A DNA stretch of 64,000 bases from Candidatus Thalassarchaeum betae (GCA_003193925.1 PSPG01000006.1:33095-97094), one strand, 5' to 3'; counted from the first letter of the stretch, positions 26,951-37,366 are shown. Notes: generated by a model from the sequence alone, not told the origin. Numbers and translations: made by a program.

Positions 26951-28294
26951 ATGTTCCGGCGCGTTCTCATCGCGAACCGCGGCGAAATCGCGCTGCGGAT
27001 ACTGCGCTCTCTTCGCTCCCTCGGAATCGAGGCGGTTGTCGCTCACGGCCGCGATGACCGACTGACTCTGCCGGTCCGACTGGCTGACGAGGGCGTCTTC
27101 ATCGCCCGAGACGACCCCTTGGCCTCCTATCTGGACATCGAGGCGATCGTGGCCGCGGCCAAGGAGGTCGGGGCCGACGCCGTTCACCCGGGCTACGGAT
27201 TCCTAGCAGAGAACCCGACCTTCGCTGAGAGGCTGGCGGAGGAAGGCATCAAGTTCATCGGACCCAGCCCCGAGGTGCTACGACTCCTAGGTGACAAACT
27301 GGCGGCAAGAGATGCTATGGTCAAGGCCGGGTTACCGGTCGCTAAGGGCTCTGGCAAGCCGGTGTCCGAGCAGGCCGAAGCCAGCAGCGTGGCCGAGGAA
27401 ATCGGCTACCCGGTGATGATCAAGGCCGCGGCCGGCGGGGGCGGCATCGGCATACAGGTGGTGAACTCCGCTGACGAGTTCGAGGCCGCACTGAGGCTCT
27501 GCCAAGGCCGCGCGCTCTCGGCCTTCGGCGATGATAGGGTCTTCATAGAGAAGTTCATCGAAGGCGCCCAACACATCGAATTCCAAGTCTTGGGCGACGG
27601 CTCGGAGGCGGTGCACTTCGGCGAGAGGTTCTGCTCTATACAACGCCGCCACCAGAAGATCCTCGAGGAGGGCCCGTGGCTGTCCGACGAGATACGGCAG
27701 CAACTCGGTGCGAAGGTCGTCGCAGGAGCAGAGGCTGTCGGCTACGAGGGACTGGCGACATTCGAGTTCCTTCGAGACACCGAGGGCGAGTTCTACTTCC
27801 TCGAGGTCAATCCGAGGGTGCAGGTAGAGCACACGGTGACCGAGATGATCGCCGGCGTCGACCTCGTCTCGTTGGGAATACGCGTGGCCGCTGGGGAGTC
27901 ACTACCACTCTCCCAGGATGACATCAAGCTCAGCGGGCACGCCATTCAGGTGAGGATCAACGCGGAGAACCCGTTCACGCTCGAGCCATCGCCGGGCCGT
28001 CTCTGGGAGTGCCACTGGCCCGGCGGCCCGGGCGTGCGCGTGGACACGCACGCGCACACGGGGTACGACATGCCCCCCTCCTTCGACTCACTACTGGCCA
28101 AGCTGGTCGTGTGGGCGCCCACGCGCGAGGAGGCCATTGCCAAGATGGACGCAGCGCTGGGCGAGACCCTGATTATCGGAGTGGACACTCTGATACCCCT
28201 GCACCGGGCGATTCTGAACGAGACCGACTTCCGCAATAGAGAAGTGAACGTGGAATACCTCGACGGGCACCCAGGACTGCTGGACGGGAGGTGA
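26951..28294 (+). CDS. accC: Biotin carboxylase
   Basis: IANRGEIA, HPGYGFLAEN, CSIQRRHQK, EVNPRVQVEH, DSLLAK. Confidence 0.95.
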   Translation: MFRRVLIANRGEIALRILRSLRSLGIEAVVAHGRDDRLTLPVRLADEGVFIARDDPLASYLDIEAIVAAAKEVGADAVHPGYGFLAENPTFAERLAEEGIKFIGPSPEVLRLLGDKLAARDAMVKAGLPVAKGSGKPVSEQAEASSVAEEIGYPVMIKAAAGGGGIGIQVVNSADEFEAALRLCQGRALSAFGDDRVFIEKFIEGAQHIEFQVLGDGSEAVHFGERFCSIQRRHQKILEEGPWLSDEIRQQLGAKVVAGAEAVGYEGLATFEFLRDTEGEFYFLEVNPRVQVEHTVTEMIAGVDLVSLGIRVAAGESLPLSQDDIKLSGHAIQVRINAENPFTLEPSPGRLWECHWPGGPGVRVDTHAHTGYDMPPSFDSLLAKLVVWAPTREEAIAKMDAALGETLIIGVDTLIPLHRAILNETDFRNREVNVEYLDGHPGLLDGR

Positions 28295-28298
28295 GGCA

Positions 28299-29261
28299 GT
28301 GGAGATGGTGATCGTCGGAAGTATAGGTTTCGATGATATCGAGACTCCTGAGGCCAGCGGCTCCGATCTGCTCGGTGGGGCTGCCACTCACGCCGGCCTG
28401 TCATCTGTCTTCCATTTGCCGCTGCAACCGAGGAGGCCACCTAGGGTTGGCTTGGTCAGTGCGGTTGGAACCGACTTCCCGAGCGATGCTCAGATCATCC
28501 TCGAGGAAGCCGGACTCAACTTGGCAGGTGTGGTCCGCAGGGACGGCCGGACCTTCCGATGGGCCGGTCGATACGAGGGCTCGATGGAAGAGGTCCATAC
28601 GATATCTACCGATGTCAACGTGCTGGGGGACTTCAGCCCCGAGGTCCCCGCCGCCTGGAACGACCCCGAAGTCCTGTTCTGCGCCAACACGCACCCGCGT
28701 ACACAAGTCTCCGTGCTGGACCAGTGTCCCGGCGCGGCTGTGACCGCACTCGACTCCTTCATGCTGTGGATCGAGACCGAGTTCGAGGCCCTGTCAGAGG
28801 CCCTGCGCAAGGTCGACATCGCGATACTGAACGAGGAGGAGGTCTGTGCGATAGCAGGCGACGGAATCCTCTCTCGCGCCGTGGAAGCGGTTCGCTCCGG
28901 CGCCGCTCTGCACGGCGGCGAGGCCGCCGGACCAGGGCCCCGCAGCCTGATCGTCAAGCGTGGCGGGAGCGGCTCGGTCGCGCACCTTCCGTGCGGTACC
29001 ATCACCCTCCCTGCCTATCCCACCGAGGACATGGTCGACCCCACGGGGTGCGGCGACTCCTTCGCCGGCGCACTGCTGGCCAACATAGCCGGGCGCAAGG
29101 GCGCGTTGAACCAGCTCGACACGATGCGCAACGCGCTTGTGCATGCTACTGTGACGGCCTCGTTCACCGTCGAGGGGCTGGGTGCATCGGGGCTTTACGA
29201 ACTAGAGCGTGGGAGGTACCACGCTCGCGCTGACAAGTACCGACGAATGGTCGGGCTGTGA
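28299..29261 (+). CDS. PfkB-family carbohydrate/nucleoside kinase
   Basis: VGSIGFDDIETP, LNEEE, DPTGCGDSFAG. Confidence 0.92.
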   Translation: MEMVIVGSIGFDDIETPEASGSDLLGGAATHAGLSSVFHLPLQPRRPPRVGLVSAVGTDFPSDAQIILEEAGLNLAGVVRRDGRTFRWAGRYEGSMEEVHTISTDVNVLGDFSPEVPAAWNDPEVLFCANTHPRTQVSVLDQCPGAAVTALDSFMLWIETEFEALSEALRKVDIAILNEEEVCAIAGDGILSRAVEAVRSGAALHGGEAAGPGPRSLIVKRGGSGSVAHLPCGTITLPAYPTEDMVDPTGCGDSFAGALLANIAGRKGALNQLDTMRNALVHATVTASFTVEGLGASGLYELERGRYHARADKYRRMVGL

Positions 29262-30971
29262 TTACTCCAGCCTGCGGATTCCGGGCAGCGGATGCAGATC
29301 TCCTTTCGATGAGGTCCTCCTCAACTGCGAGAACCTCAGACCACCTGCTGGTGGGGGTAGCTCCGTGGGACCTCTCTCCTCCCCGCTCGACACCCTGTTG
29401 ACGACTTCACTCAGGGCGTCCTTGGCCGAATGGCTCTGTGCCCCCTGCATCTCCCTGACTCGCGCAGCCACGTCAGCTTGGTGGTCCTGGTCGCTGCGCA
29501 GACGGATGTGCTGTGAACTCTGGAAGCGAGCATCCGAGCTCGCGGTCCCGCCATCACCGTCACCATATTCGGAGGCATAGGAATGCACCCCCCTTCGAGC
29601 GGTTCTGGAAGCCGGGCGCAACAGGGCCTCAATCCAGCTGGGACTCGATTTTCGCATAGCCCTCTTGTTGGTCTTGACACGTCCGGTGCTCATGGAGCTC
29701 GCCAGCTTCGAGATGCCGGGAAACTCCTCGAGGCTGGCGGCGTCGAGGGCAGGCGGCGTAGGATTGCCGCCTTGGCCTAGAAGGGCCTGTCGGGCTCGGG
29801 CCTGCTTCACGACCCCCGCCCTGCATTCGTCTCTGACGGCATCTTGGGTCGGAGCGGGCAGGCCGGGTCCGAGGTAAGGTCCGGCAGGGGGTCCGAATCT
29901 GCTGTGGGCCCTCCTAATCAATTGGGAGCTGGTCGGCCTCCTCTGCACTGCCAGAGGGCCCGTGGCGTGGATGTAGGTGCTGGGTTCTGTGTAGGTCGGT
30001 GGGCTCGGCGTCGGGGTGCCCCTCGGCGGTGGAGTGGTCGGCGGCGAGTAGCTGGAAGGCGGTTCGGCATCAAAGATGCCGCCTTCGCCGAAGAGGTCCA
30101 TGGCCCCGGCCGCAGCCTCCCCGAGAGCCGAGTCGATCCTGCTGTCTGCGTCAGGCTTCTCGTTGTACCAGTCGGGTGCCTCCTCACGACCCCAGGCCCT
30201 CACATAGGCATCCGGGACGGCCTCCTGCGGAGGAGCCGACGGCTGGTAGGTCTGAGGCGAGTATGACGGCTCAGTAGCGACGCGCTCCTCGGCCTCCCGG
30301 GGAAACAACGGCTCTGTCGTGGCCTGAGGCGGCTCAGGTGCTGTGGTAGGCGCCGGAGCACCGAAATCGAAGGACATCAGCTCCTCCTCGATATCGGTCA
30401 TGAGCAGGTCATCCTCGGGTGCGGCCAAGAGCCCCCTGGGCTCTGGCAGATTTCCGCCCGCATCCCTGAAAGCAGGGTATGACGGCAGTTCGGCATCGAT
30501 GTGCTCGAGCCCCATCCTGGCCTCTTCCATCGAGCAGCCATGGCGGATTCGGTCGACCATCAGGCACAGTCTGAGCAGGACCCCCTCGCTGCCGGAGACG
30601 ATGTGCCTGTCACCGGCCTCGGTCTCGATGGCTAGGACCGAGGTGCGAGAGACCAGGTATCCGAGCAGCGTCAGCGCGCCTGCAGCTGTCGACACCATGG
30701 CGTATGGAGGGAGCATGACGCTTACCCCGAGGTAGATTGCTAGGAAGCCCAAGGGGACCAATCCTCCAGGGAGCATCGGGACCTTCATGTGGCGCATTCT
30801 GGATATCGACCCGAGCGTCAGTCTAATTCCGTGCCCATCGAATCTCTCCAGCGTCAGCTGACGCTTGGTGAGGACTGCGACGAACCTTCCTCCTGACCCG
30901 ACCAGATTCAGATTGCCGAACAGTTCCGACTTCTCATCATCCTGGTCGGGCTCACGCCCGACTGAGTGCAT
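29262..30971 (-). CDS. Hypothetical membrane-anchored protein with long disordered tail
   Basis: Two TM segments in the N-terminal third, then Pro/Ala/Glu-rich; start uncertain. Confidence 0.65.
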   Translation of the reverse strand: MHSVGREPDQDDEKSELFGNLNLVGSGGRFVAVLTKRQLTLERFDGHGIRLTLGSISRMRHMKVPMLPGGLVPLGFLAIYLGVSVMLPPYAMVSTAAGALTLLGYLVSRTSVLAIETEAGDRHIVSGSEGVLLRLCLMVDRIRHGCSMEEARMGLEHIDAELPSYPAFRDAGGNLPEPRGLLAAPEDDLLMTDIEEELMSFDFGAPAPTTAPEPPQATTEPLFPREAEERVATEPSYSPQTYQPSAPPQEAVPDAYVRAWGREEAPDWYNEKPDADSRIDSALGEAAAGAMDLFGEGGIFDAEPPSSYSPPTTPPPRGTPTPSPPTYTEPSTYIHATGPLAVQRRPTSSQLIRRAHSRFGPPAGPYLGPGLPAPTQDAVRDECRAGVVKQARARQALLGQGGNPTPPALDAASLEEFPGISKLASSMSTGRVKTNKRAMRKSSPSWIEALLRPASRTARRGVHSYASEYGDGDGGTASSDARFQSSQHIRLRSDQDHQADVAARVREMQGAQSHSAKDALSEVVNRVSSGEERGPTELPPPAGGLRFSQLRRTSSKGDLHPLPGIRRLE

Positions 30972-31090
30972 CCGGCAGTTTGAGCGACTCTGGTTGGCTA
31001 TAACTGCTCGGGGTGCTGAGAGTCCGCGCGTGCGCCTTACGCGCACACGAGCCGAACGCCGAATGCAGCAGTTTCAGGTTGTTTACGATC

Positions 31091-31540
31091 TCATCCCATT
31101 GCGTTACGGGCAGCCTGCGCCCTATCCCAGAGATCATTCTCCTCGTCTGTGGAAGGTGTGAATTGGGGAATCTCAGTGGGCCTCATCTCAGAGTCTACAG
31201 CACACATAAAGAAGAAGCCGGAGCAGATCTCCTCGCCCTCCCACTCGGAGCGTGAGAGTCGGCATGAAACCACATGCACGCCAGCCGTATGGGGCGAGGT
31301 CCAGACGACCCTCGCTGTAGTACGGATGACGTCGCCTTGGTAGGCCGGTCTGCGGAACTTCAGGGCGTCGATGGAGATGGTGACGAACTCGCTGTGGGCG
31401 AACTTGCTCGAGACCATACCAGCCGCGGTGTCCATGATCGACATCAGACGACCTCCGTACAGCGTGTTCATCGAGTTGGTGTCCCCGGGGAACACCTCGT
31501 TGAGCAGCACGACGGGCTTGAGGGAGTGAGGCTCACCCAT
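31091..31540 (-). CDS. Hotdog-fold acyl-CoA thioesterase
   Basis: VFPGDTN..LYGGRLMSIMD, FRRP, AVD motifs (YciA-like). Confidence 0.9.
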   Translation of the reverse strand: MGEPHSLKPVVLLNEVFPGDTNSMNTLYGGRLMSIMDTAAGMVSSKFAHSEFVTISIDALKFRRPAYQGDVIRTTARVVWTSPHTAGVHVVSCRLSRSEWEGEEICSGFFFMCAVDSEMRPTEIPQFTPSTDEENDLWDRAQAARNAMG

Positions 31541-31653
31541 GTCTCTCAGCCGACCTCGAGAGCCCATCCCCCTTCAATCTAACATTTCTGCAATCTTCCC
31601 CGAATCGGTTCTTCGACCGTTGTCTTCAACCGAAGGTGACCGTTCGGAGAGCC

Positions 31654-32451
31654 ATGGAAGTGCCTCTACTGCGGTGGAATCCAGCGATTCTGGAGGACCC
31701 GGACGGCGGACGCATCGTGCTGTGGCCGCATCTGCCATGCGTCCGGATGCCGAACTCCCTGCGATACAGGGACTCCTGGGACGGCCTGGCCCTTCTGTTC
31801 AGCCTGAGCGATCTGAGCGCTTGGAGGCATGATGAGGAGCAGGACAAGCAGAGCCCGGGCGTTCACATCGAGGCCGCTATAGCATCGGGAACCGTCCTAG
31901 GTCGGCTGATGAAGGACCTTCAGGAGCACGAGGTCGACGGGCCCAAGATTCCCGACCCGGAGCAGACCCGCCTGCTGCTGCACGCGGACAACGCCAGAGG
32001 CGGCATGCCTATCTACGCTATCGAGCCGGAACTGGATGACGAATCGTGGTTGAACTGGCTCGAGAGGAGCGCAGACGAGCAGTCGCGAGTCACCTCCCTG
32101 CTGTCCACTCTCACGACCTCTCGACGTTGGCGCAAGACCCTCTCCCTAGCGATACCGATGGTCGAGAGGTCCAAGGGGGTCGGCCCGGACTTGGGCGCCG
32201 CCGCAGCCTCGTGTGCAGCTTGGTGGATCGAGGAGCAAGGCGCCCTGACGCCGGAGATGCTCTCTGAGCGAAACCACCGCTTCGCGGCCCGTCTGCGGGG
32301 CGCACTCGCAGATTTGAGGAACAACAGGGTTGATGATGCTGTAGCACGGGACGCCACCCTGCTGACACCCGTCCATCAGGCATGGCTGCCCTCCTTGGAG
32401 GTCGCGGTCGGCACTTGGCCGGACGCGGAAACGATGCGGAAGGAGGGCTGA
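31654..32451 (+). CDS. Hypothetical protein
   Basis: Long ORF heading an operon with the TBP-like and TatD genes; TTCAAC box 29 nt upstream. Confidence 0.7.
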   Translation: MEVPLLRWNPAILEDPDGGRIVLWPHLPCVRMPNSLRYRDSWDGLALLFSLSDLSAWRHDEEQDKQSPGVHIEAAIASGTVLGRLMKDLQEHEVDGPKIPDPEQTRLLLHADNARGGMPIYAIEPELDDESWLNWLERSADEQSRVTSLLSTLTTSRRWRKTLSLAIPMVERSKGVGPDLGAAAASCAAWWIEEQGALTPEMLSERNHRFAARLRGALADLRNNRVDDAVARDATLLTPVHQAWLPSLEVAVGTWPDAETMRKEG

Positions 32452-32453
32452 TC

Positions 32454-32981
32454 ATGGAGGAGGGGGGAATCGTCATCGACGTCGAGACCCAGACCTTCAT
32501 GTTCACACCCTCTTCCCCGATCAACCACCAGGAGGCAGTGACTCTCGCAGGTGGCTCGGTCAGTGGCCCCTACGTCGTGGTCAGCCACGAGCAGCCGCGC
32601 GCCACCTTCGTCATCGAGCCGAGCGGCTCGGTGCTGGTCCACGGGATAGCCCGGGGCGAGGTCGCTAGGCTCGCCATCCAGGAACTCCTGTTAACTCTCG
32701 GGATGTCGGAGGAGAATCTGCGGATGGAGTCGGGAGACATGCTCATCAGATTCTCTATCGGACGAACTGTGCTACTCGATCTGGCCGCGGAGAGATTCGC
32801 GGACATCGAGATGGACGACCGCCTCGGGGCGCTGAGGATCACCGCGACTCTGCACAACTCGCAACTACTGATGTTCAACAACGGCCAAGGTGTCGTACTC
32901 GGGCAGTCCTCGAAGAAGATCGCCGAGATGGCCGTCCGACACTGGGCCGACTTGCTGGAGGAAGAGGGAGCCCTAGCGTGA
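32454..32981 (+). CDS. Highly diverged TATA-binding-protein-fold protein
   Basis: 175 aa with two direct repeats, PRATFVIEPSGSVLVHG..ARLAI and SQLLMFNNGQGVVLGQSS..AEMAV, resembling the TBP pattern PKxxxLIFxSGKxVxTGAKS. Confidence 0.7.
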   Translation: MEEGGIVIDVETQTFMFTPSSPINHQEAVTLAGGSVSGPYVVVSHEQPRATFVIEPSGSVLVHGIARGEVARLAIQELLLTLGMSEENLRMESGDMLIRFSIGRTVLLDLAAERFADIEMDDRLGALRITATLHNSQLLMFNNGQGVVLGQSSKKIAEMAVRHWADLLEEEGALA

Positions 32982-32985
32982 GAGC

Positions 32986-33879
32986 ATGATGTTGGTCGAC
33001 GGACGCTGGACCGGCCCCATCCTCGACCAGCACCTCCACCTCGACCGCTCCAACAGGTTCCTCGACGCAATCGCCGAGTTCACTCGAGTCGGCGGTACCG
33101 GTATCATGCTGGTTCACAAGCCCGCCTTCTCCGCTGCCGCTCTTCCGACAGACCTCGACGGCTACCGGGCTGCCTACGCAAATACGCTGAGCATGGCCGA
33201 CGAGGTCGGGGCCGAGTTCGGAATCGACGTCGGAGTCGTACTCGGCCCTCACCCCGTCGTATGGGCGCATCAGATTGAGCCGCTGGGCCTCGAGAGGTCG
33301 AGCGAGCTCCACCTCGAGGCCGTAGGGCTCGCTCTCGAGCATATCGAGGCCGGTGAAGCAGTCTGCCTGGGGGAGGTCGGAAGGCCTCACTATCCCGTCG
33401 ACGAGCAGACTTGGGCGGCTGCCAACGAGCTCCTAGTCGAGGTCATGTCGCTGGCCGCTGGGGCCGGCACTACGATCCAGCTGCATGTGGAGGACAACGG
33501 CGAGACCACCTGCAGGGAGCTCGCCGAGTTGTGCGACAAGGCCGGCCTGCCGAGGAACAGAGCGATCCGGCACTACGCCCCGGCCGACGTAAGCTCTGGC
33601 TTCACGCACGGACTCGCAGCTACTGTGAGTGTGGGCAGGCAGAGTGTCGAGAGGCTGGTCGCAACAGCGCGTTCAGCAGCAGCGCCCTGGGGGATGGAGA
33701 CCGACTTCCTCGATGATCCTCGACGACCCGGAGCGGTGCTCGGTCCCAAGACGGTCCCCAAGCGCACCCAGCAGTTGTGCGCTGCGCTGCTCTCAGCCGA
33801 CTGGAGCGAGGACGAGGTCAGTGACCTGATGACGGGCATCCACAGCGAGTGGCCAGCAGATCTGTACGCTACTCGCTAG
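32986..33879 (+). CDS. TatD-family metallohydrolase (archaeal type)
   Basis: DQHLHL, GPHP, GEVGRPHY, QLHVE, METDFLDDPRRPG. Confidence 0.9.
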   Translation: MMLVDGRWTGPILDQHLHLDRSNRFLDAIAEFTRVGGTGIMLVHKPAFSAAALPTDLDGYRAAYANTLSMADEVGAEFGIDVGVVLGPHPVVWAHQIEPLGLERSSELHLEAVGLALEHIEAGEAVCLGEVGRPHYPVDEQTWAAANELLVEVMSLAAGAGTTIQLHVEDNGETTCRELAELCDKAGLPRNRAIRHYAPADVSSGFTHGLAATVSVGRQSVERLVATARSAAAPWGMETDFLDDPRRPGAVLGPKTVPKRTQQLCAALLSADWSEDEVSDLMTGIHSEWPADLYATR

Positions 33880-34069
33880 GCCACCGTAACTCGGGCATGA
33901 ACATCATCACGGCACCCGTCACGAACAGTATCATGGTCAGGACGAAGCCTTGGAACTCGCCTATTGGGACCTCATACCCTAGTTCTGCTAGGCCCATCCT
34001 CCACATCGGCCCGTTGATCGGCAGGAACAGGAACATCACGACTACCCCCAACTTCTGACGGAGCAGCAC
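33869..34069 (-). CDS. Small two-TM membrane protein
   Basis: 66 aa hydrophobic ORF; TTCATC box 29 nt upstream. Confidence 0.6.
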   Translation of the reverse strand: MLLRQKLGVVVMFLFLPINGPMWRMGLAELGYEVPIGEFQGFVLTMILFVTGAVMMFMPELRWPSE

Positions 34070-34119
34070 GAACGAGCCACTTTGGGCCGGTTGATGAAGT
34101 GAACGGAGGTAGACATTAT

Positions 34120-34193
34120 TGGTGCGCCCGCCGGGATTTGAACCCGGGACTGGAGGTTGGAAGCCTCAGATGATACCCCTTCACCACAGGCGC
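34120..34193 (-). tRNA. tRNA-Gly(TCC), CCA encoded
   Basis: Reverse complement GCGCCTG..CTTCCAA..GGTTCAAATCC..GGGCGCACCA. Confidence 0.93.
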
Positions 34194-34248
34194 GGTGACC
34201 CGCCGACCTCAGGCTCCCACTAAACCGATTCGGTGGGGGAATAACGAC

Positions 34249-34315
34249 GAGTGAAGCATTCACGCGTCCCCCATCGCGGAGGGACGATGCCATCTCCGGC
34301 GGAGTGAAGCATTCA
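34249..34315. repeat. Duplicated 14-bp palindromic motif GAGTGAAGCATTCA
   Basis: Exact copies at 34249-34262 and 34302-34315; TGAA-N3-TTCA dyad. Confidence 0.75.
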
Positions 34316-34341
34316 AAGGGTGCCGTCAGAACGAGCGACCA

Positions 34342-36237
34342 ATGTTGCCGAACCCACGAGCTGGTACTGACCGGGGTATCGCAATCAGCAAGGATGGGTC
34401 TGACCTCGCTGATGAGAAGCAGGTTGTCGGCCGCAAGATATGGCGGGTAGTCCCTTATCTCAAGCGCTATTGGAGGCGAGCCGCGGGGGGCGTAGGAGCG
34501 AATGCCGCTGCTCGAGCCTTCGACCTAATTCCTTTCATCGCCATAGGCGCGGCCGCAGATTATTACCGCGATAAAACATTCACCGCCTCTACCATCGAGA
34601 GCCTGGTCACATCAGATATCCTCCCGTCATTCGGTCCGATAGAACCTGTCGAATTCGGCTTTGGTCTGCTGATTCTCGTCTCCTTCTCGTTTCTCGCTGT
34701 CTTCCAGGGCATTAGCGAGTACCTCTGGCAGTCCACCGCCTACATGGTACAGCACGACATCAGGATGGATGCGACGACGAGCCTGATGGCTATGGAGGCC
34801 TCCTACTTCGAGACCCGTCAGACGGGCAATCTGATGTCGGTGCTGTCGGCAGACATAGCTCAGTTGGAGGACATAGTATCCGATGCCAGCACCAGCATTA
34901 TACGCATCGCCATCACCTTCACCGCCGCGTTCGGTATCATGTACTGGATGTCCCCAACCCTGGCGCTCATCCTGTTCATCCCCTTGGTATTGGTCATACC
35001 AATGGTGGTCTGGTTCTCGACGAAGGTCCAGCGTCGCTACAGGAAGCAGCGCGAGAGCACTGGCGGTATAGTCGCCATTCTGGAGAACGTGCTCTCCGGA
35101 ATCACTGTCGTGCAGGCCTACAATGCAACCGACTTCGAGCGCTCTCGGGTAGAGAGAGAGAGCGGTAACTACCGAGATCAGGCGATACTCGCCGCCAACC
35201 TGCGCAACCGGTTCATTCCGGGGATCTATGTGGTCGCCGGCCTCTCGTTCGGTCTACTGGTCTCGGCCGGCGGCTGGCTCATGGAGTCGGGAGAGATAAC
35301 CGTCGGACAGTTCGTCACCTTCCTGCTGATTTCAACGCGCATGACAATGCCGATGTTTATCCTCGGAATGCTGCTGAACCAGCTCCAGCGCGGCGAGGCG
35401 GCTTCCAAGCGGGTGTTCGCGCTGATAGACCTCGAGCCGTCCATCTTCAACAAGCCCGATGCTATACCGCTCGATGGTCCCATCAGGTCGATCTCGTTCG
35501 ACGATGTCACCTTCGCCTACCCTACTTCCGAGGTCAATGTGCTGAATGAAATCTCATTCTCAGCATCGTTCGGAGATTTCCTCGGCGTGATGGGTCACAC
35601 CGGAGCAGGCAAGAGCACCATCCTCAAGCTGGTCGAGCGCTTCTACGAACCTCAGCAAGGCAGGGTCCTAATCAACGGCATCGACATCAACGAATACACC
35701 ATCGAATCGGTCAGGGACCGAGTCGGCTTCGTCTCCCAGGACCCCTTCATGTTCTTCGGCAGCGTCCGCGACAACGTCGCCTACGCGCGCGACGCCTCCG
35801 ACGAGGAGATTCAGCGGGCGCTGGAGACGGCAGGAGCTTGGGATTTCGTGTCTGAGATGGCCGAGGGCGTCGAGACAATGGTCGGTGACAGAGGGGTCAT
35901 GCTCTCGGGGGGGCAGCGCGCCCGCATCGCCCTCGCCCGCGCGCTGCTCAAGGACCCGGACCTGCTCATACTCGACGAGGCGGCGGCAGCCCTCGACGCG
36001 GAAACCGAGAAGCGCATTCAGCAGTCGCTGTTCGGCGCCTCCAACGGCGGCGAGCAGCGAATCACCATCGCTGTCGCCCACCGCCTCGCGACCATTCGCA
36101 ACGCCGACGAGATCATCGCGATGGTCGACGGCGCCATCGTCGAGCGAGGCACTCACAGGGAACTGATCGACAACGACAACGTCTACGCTTCTCAGTGGTT
36201 GATACAGACCGGTGAGCTCGGTGCGGCAGAGGCTTGA
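34342..36237 (+). CDS. ABC exporter, fused permease/ATPase (MsbA/MdlB-like)
   Basis: TM domain, GHTGAGKST, LSGGQ, LILDEA, IAVAHRL. Confidence 0.95.
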   Translation: MLPNPRAGTDRGIAISKDGSDLADEKQVVGRKIWRVVPYLKRYWRRAAGGVGANAAARAFDLIPFIAIGAAADYYRDKTFTASTIESLVTSDILPSFGPIEPVEFGFGLLILVSFSFLAVFQGISEYLWQSTAYMVQHDIRMDATTSLMAMEASYFETRQTGNLMSVLSADIAQLEDIVSDASTSIIRIAITFTAAFGIMYWMSPTLALILFIPLVLVIPMVVWFSTKVQRRYRKQRESTGGIVAILENVLSGITVVQAYNATDFERSRVERESGNYRDQAILAANLRNRFIPGIYVVAGLSFGLLVSAGGWLMESGEITVGQFVTFLLISTRMTMPMFILGMLLNQLQRGEAASKRVFALIDLEPSIFNKPDAIPLDGPIRSISFDDVTFAYPTSEVNVLNEISFSASFGDFLGVMGHTGAGKSTILKLVERFYEPQQGRVLINGIDINEYTIESVRDRVGFVSQDPFMFFGSVRDNVAYARDASDEEIQRALETAGAWDFVSEMAEGVETMVGDRGVMLSGGQRARIALARALLKDPDLLILDEAAAALDAETEKRIQQSLFGASNGGEQRITIAVAHRLATIRNADEIIAMVDGAIVERGTHRELIDNDNVYASQWLIQTGELGAAEA

Positions 36238-36239
36238 GC

Positions 36240-37328
36240 CTAGCCTCTGACACGGTCGTCTATCTGCAGGCCGGAATTGCCGATGAAAATGCGCCACCAG
36301 CCGCGCAGCACGCCCATTCCGTAGTTCCAATGCAGCGCGAAGGTAGCAATCGAGGAGAGGAAGACCGTCTTCGGAGTCCGGCAGGGAGAGCTCCCCTTGG
36401 CCGCCCCGTACCAGGCAATGAGGTTGTACAGAACGATCAGGCTGACCAGAGTATGGACTCCTGCGCGAGGCCAGCCCATCGGAACGGTCTCGTACGAGAT
36501 GTCCCAGAACTCGGGCCAGTTCAGGCCGCCATTGGCGAGCCCCCAGAAGAAGAACCCGAATGCCGCTATCACTATCGGAGGGAATAATGCCACCAGAGTG
36601 TGGCTCCAGGCGCGCAACTCGCGGTGCTCGTGACTCGCTAGAGTCCTGACCAGACCGTAGTTGCGAATCTGCCTCTTCACCCTTGAGAGGTCCCTGCGAC
36701 GGTGCCACATCACAGCTGTCCTGTCGGTCCACAGCCGGTGGCCGGCTTGCCGAATCAAGTGGTCGAGGATGACGTCCTCAGCACCGATGCATCCGGGCTG
36801 GAAGCCTCCGACCTCCTGCAGTACAGAGCGCCGGTATGCGGAGTTGACTCCGGGCAGCTGCTCGACCTCATCGAGTTTCCCCGCCCCTTGCCTGCCGTAG
36901 TTCGTTCCCACGGTGAAGATCGTGCTGCAGAAGCTGACGTCGATGATCTGCTGCTGCAGGGTGGAGTGCTCCGGCGGGGCGAAGTTGGGCCCACCGACTC
37001 CTGCCACCCCCGGCCTCTCGAACCAGCGGGCTAGGTTGGCGACCCACTCCTTTGGGACGATGACGTCGTCATCGGTGAACATCACCAAGTCAGATTCCGT
37101 CGCTTCGAGCGCGACGTTGCAGGCGTCCGCGCGAGTGCGTGAGGCGTCGTCGTCGATGAATCGGACTCCCCTTGACTCAGCCTGCTCTCGACCCGAATCG
37201 CTTCCTGGGCCGACTACCACTATTTCCAGCGGGCCATAGTAGGTCTGGGAGAGCAGCCCGTCGAGCGTGATACCCAGTTCCACCGCGTTTGCGACGCTCG
37301 GGACGATGACGCAGACTGAGCGGCTCAT
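36240..37328 (-). CDS. GT2 glycosyltransferase with C-terminal TM helices
   Basis: ACNVA, FTDDD, GGF..AED, HRRR. Confidence 0.9.
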   Translation of the reverse strand: MSRSVCVIVPSVANAVELGITLDGLLSQTYYGPLEIVVVGPGSDSGREQAESRGVRFIDDDASRTRADACNVALEATESDLVMFTDDDVIVPKEWVANLARWFERPGVAGVGGPNFAPPEHSTLQQQIIDVSFCSTIFTVGTNYGRQGAGKLDEVEQLPGVNSAYRRSVLQEVGGFQPGCIGAEDVILDHLIRQAGHRLWTDRTAVMWHRRRDLSRVKRQIRNYGLVRTLASHEHRELRAWSHTLVALFPPIVIAAFGFFFWGLANGGLNWPEFWDISYETVPMGWPRAGVHTLVSLIVLYNLIAWYGAAKGSSPCRTPKTVFLSSIATFALHWNYGMGVLRGWWRIFIGNSGLQIDDRVRG

Positions 37329-37366
37329 GGCCTGCCGGCCCCAGTTTGCCCCCTTGAGTTCACGGG

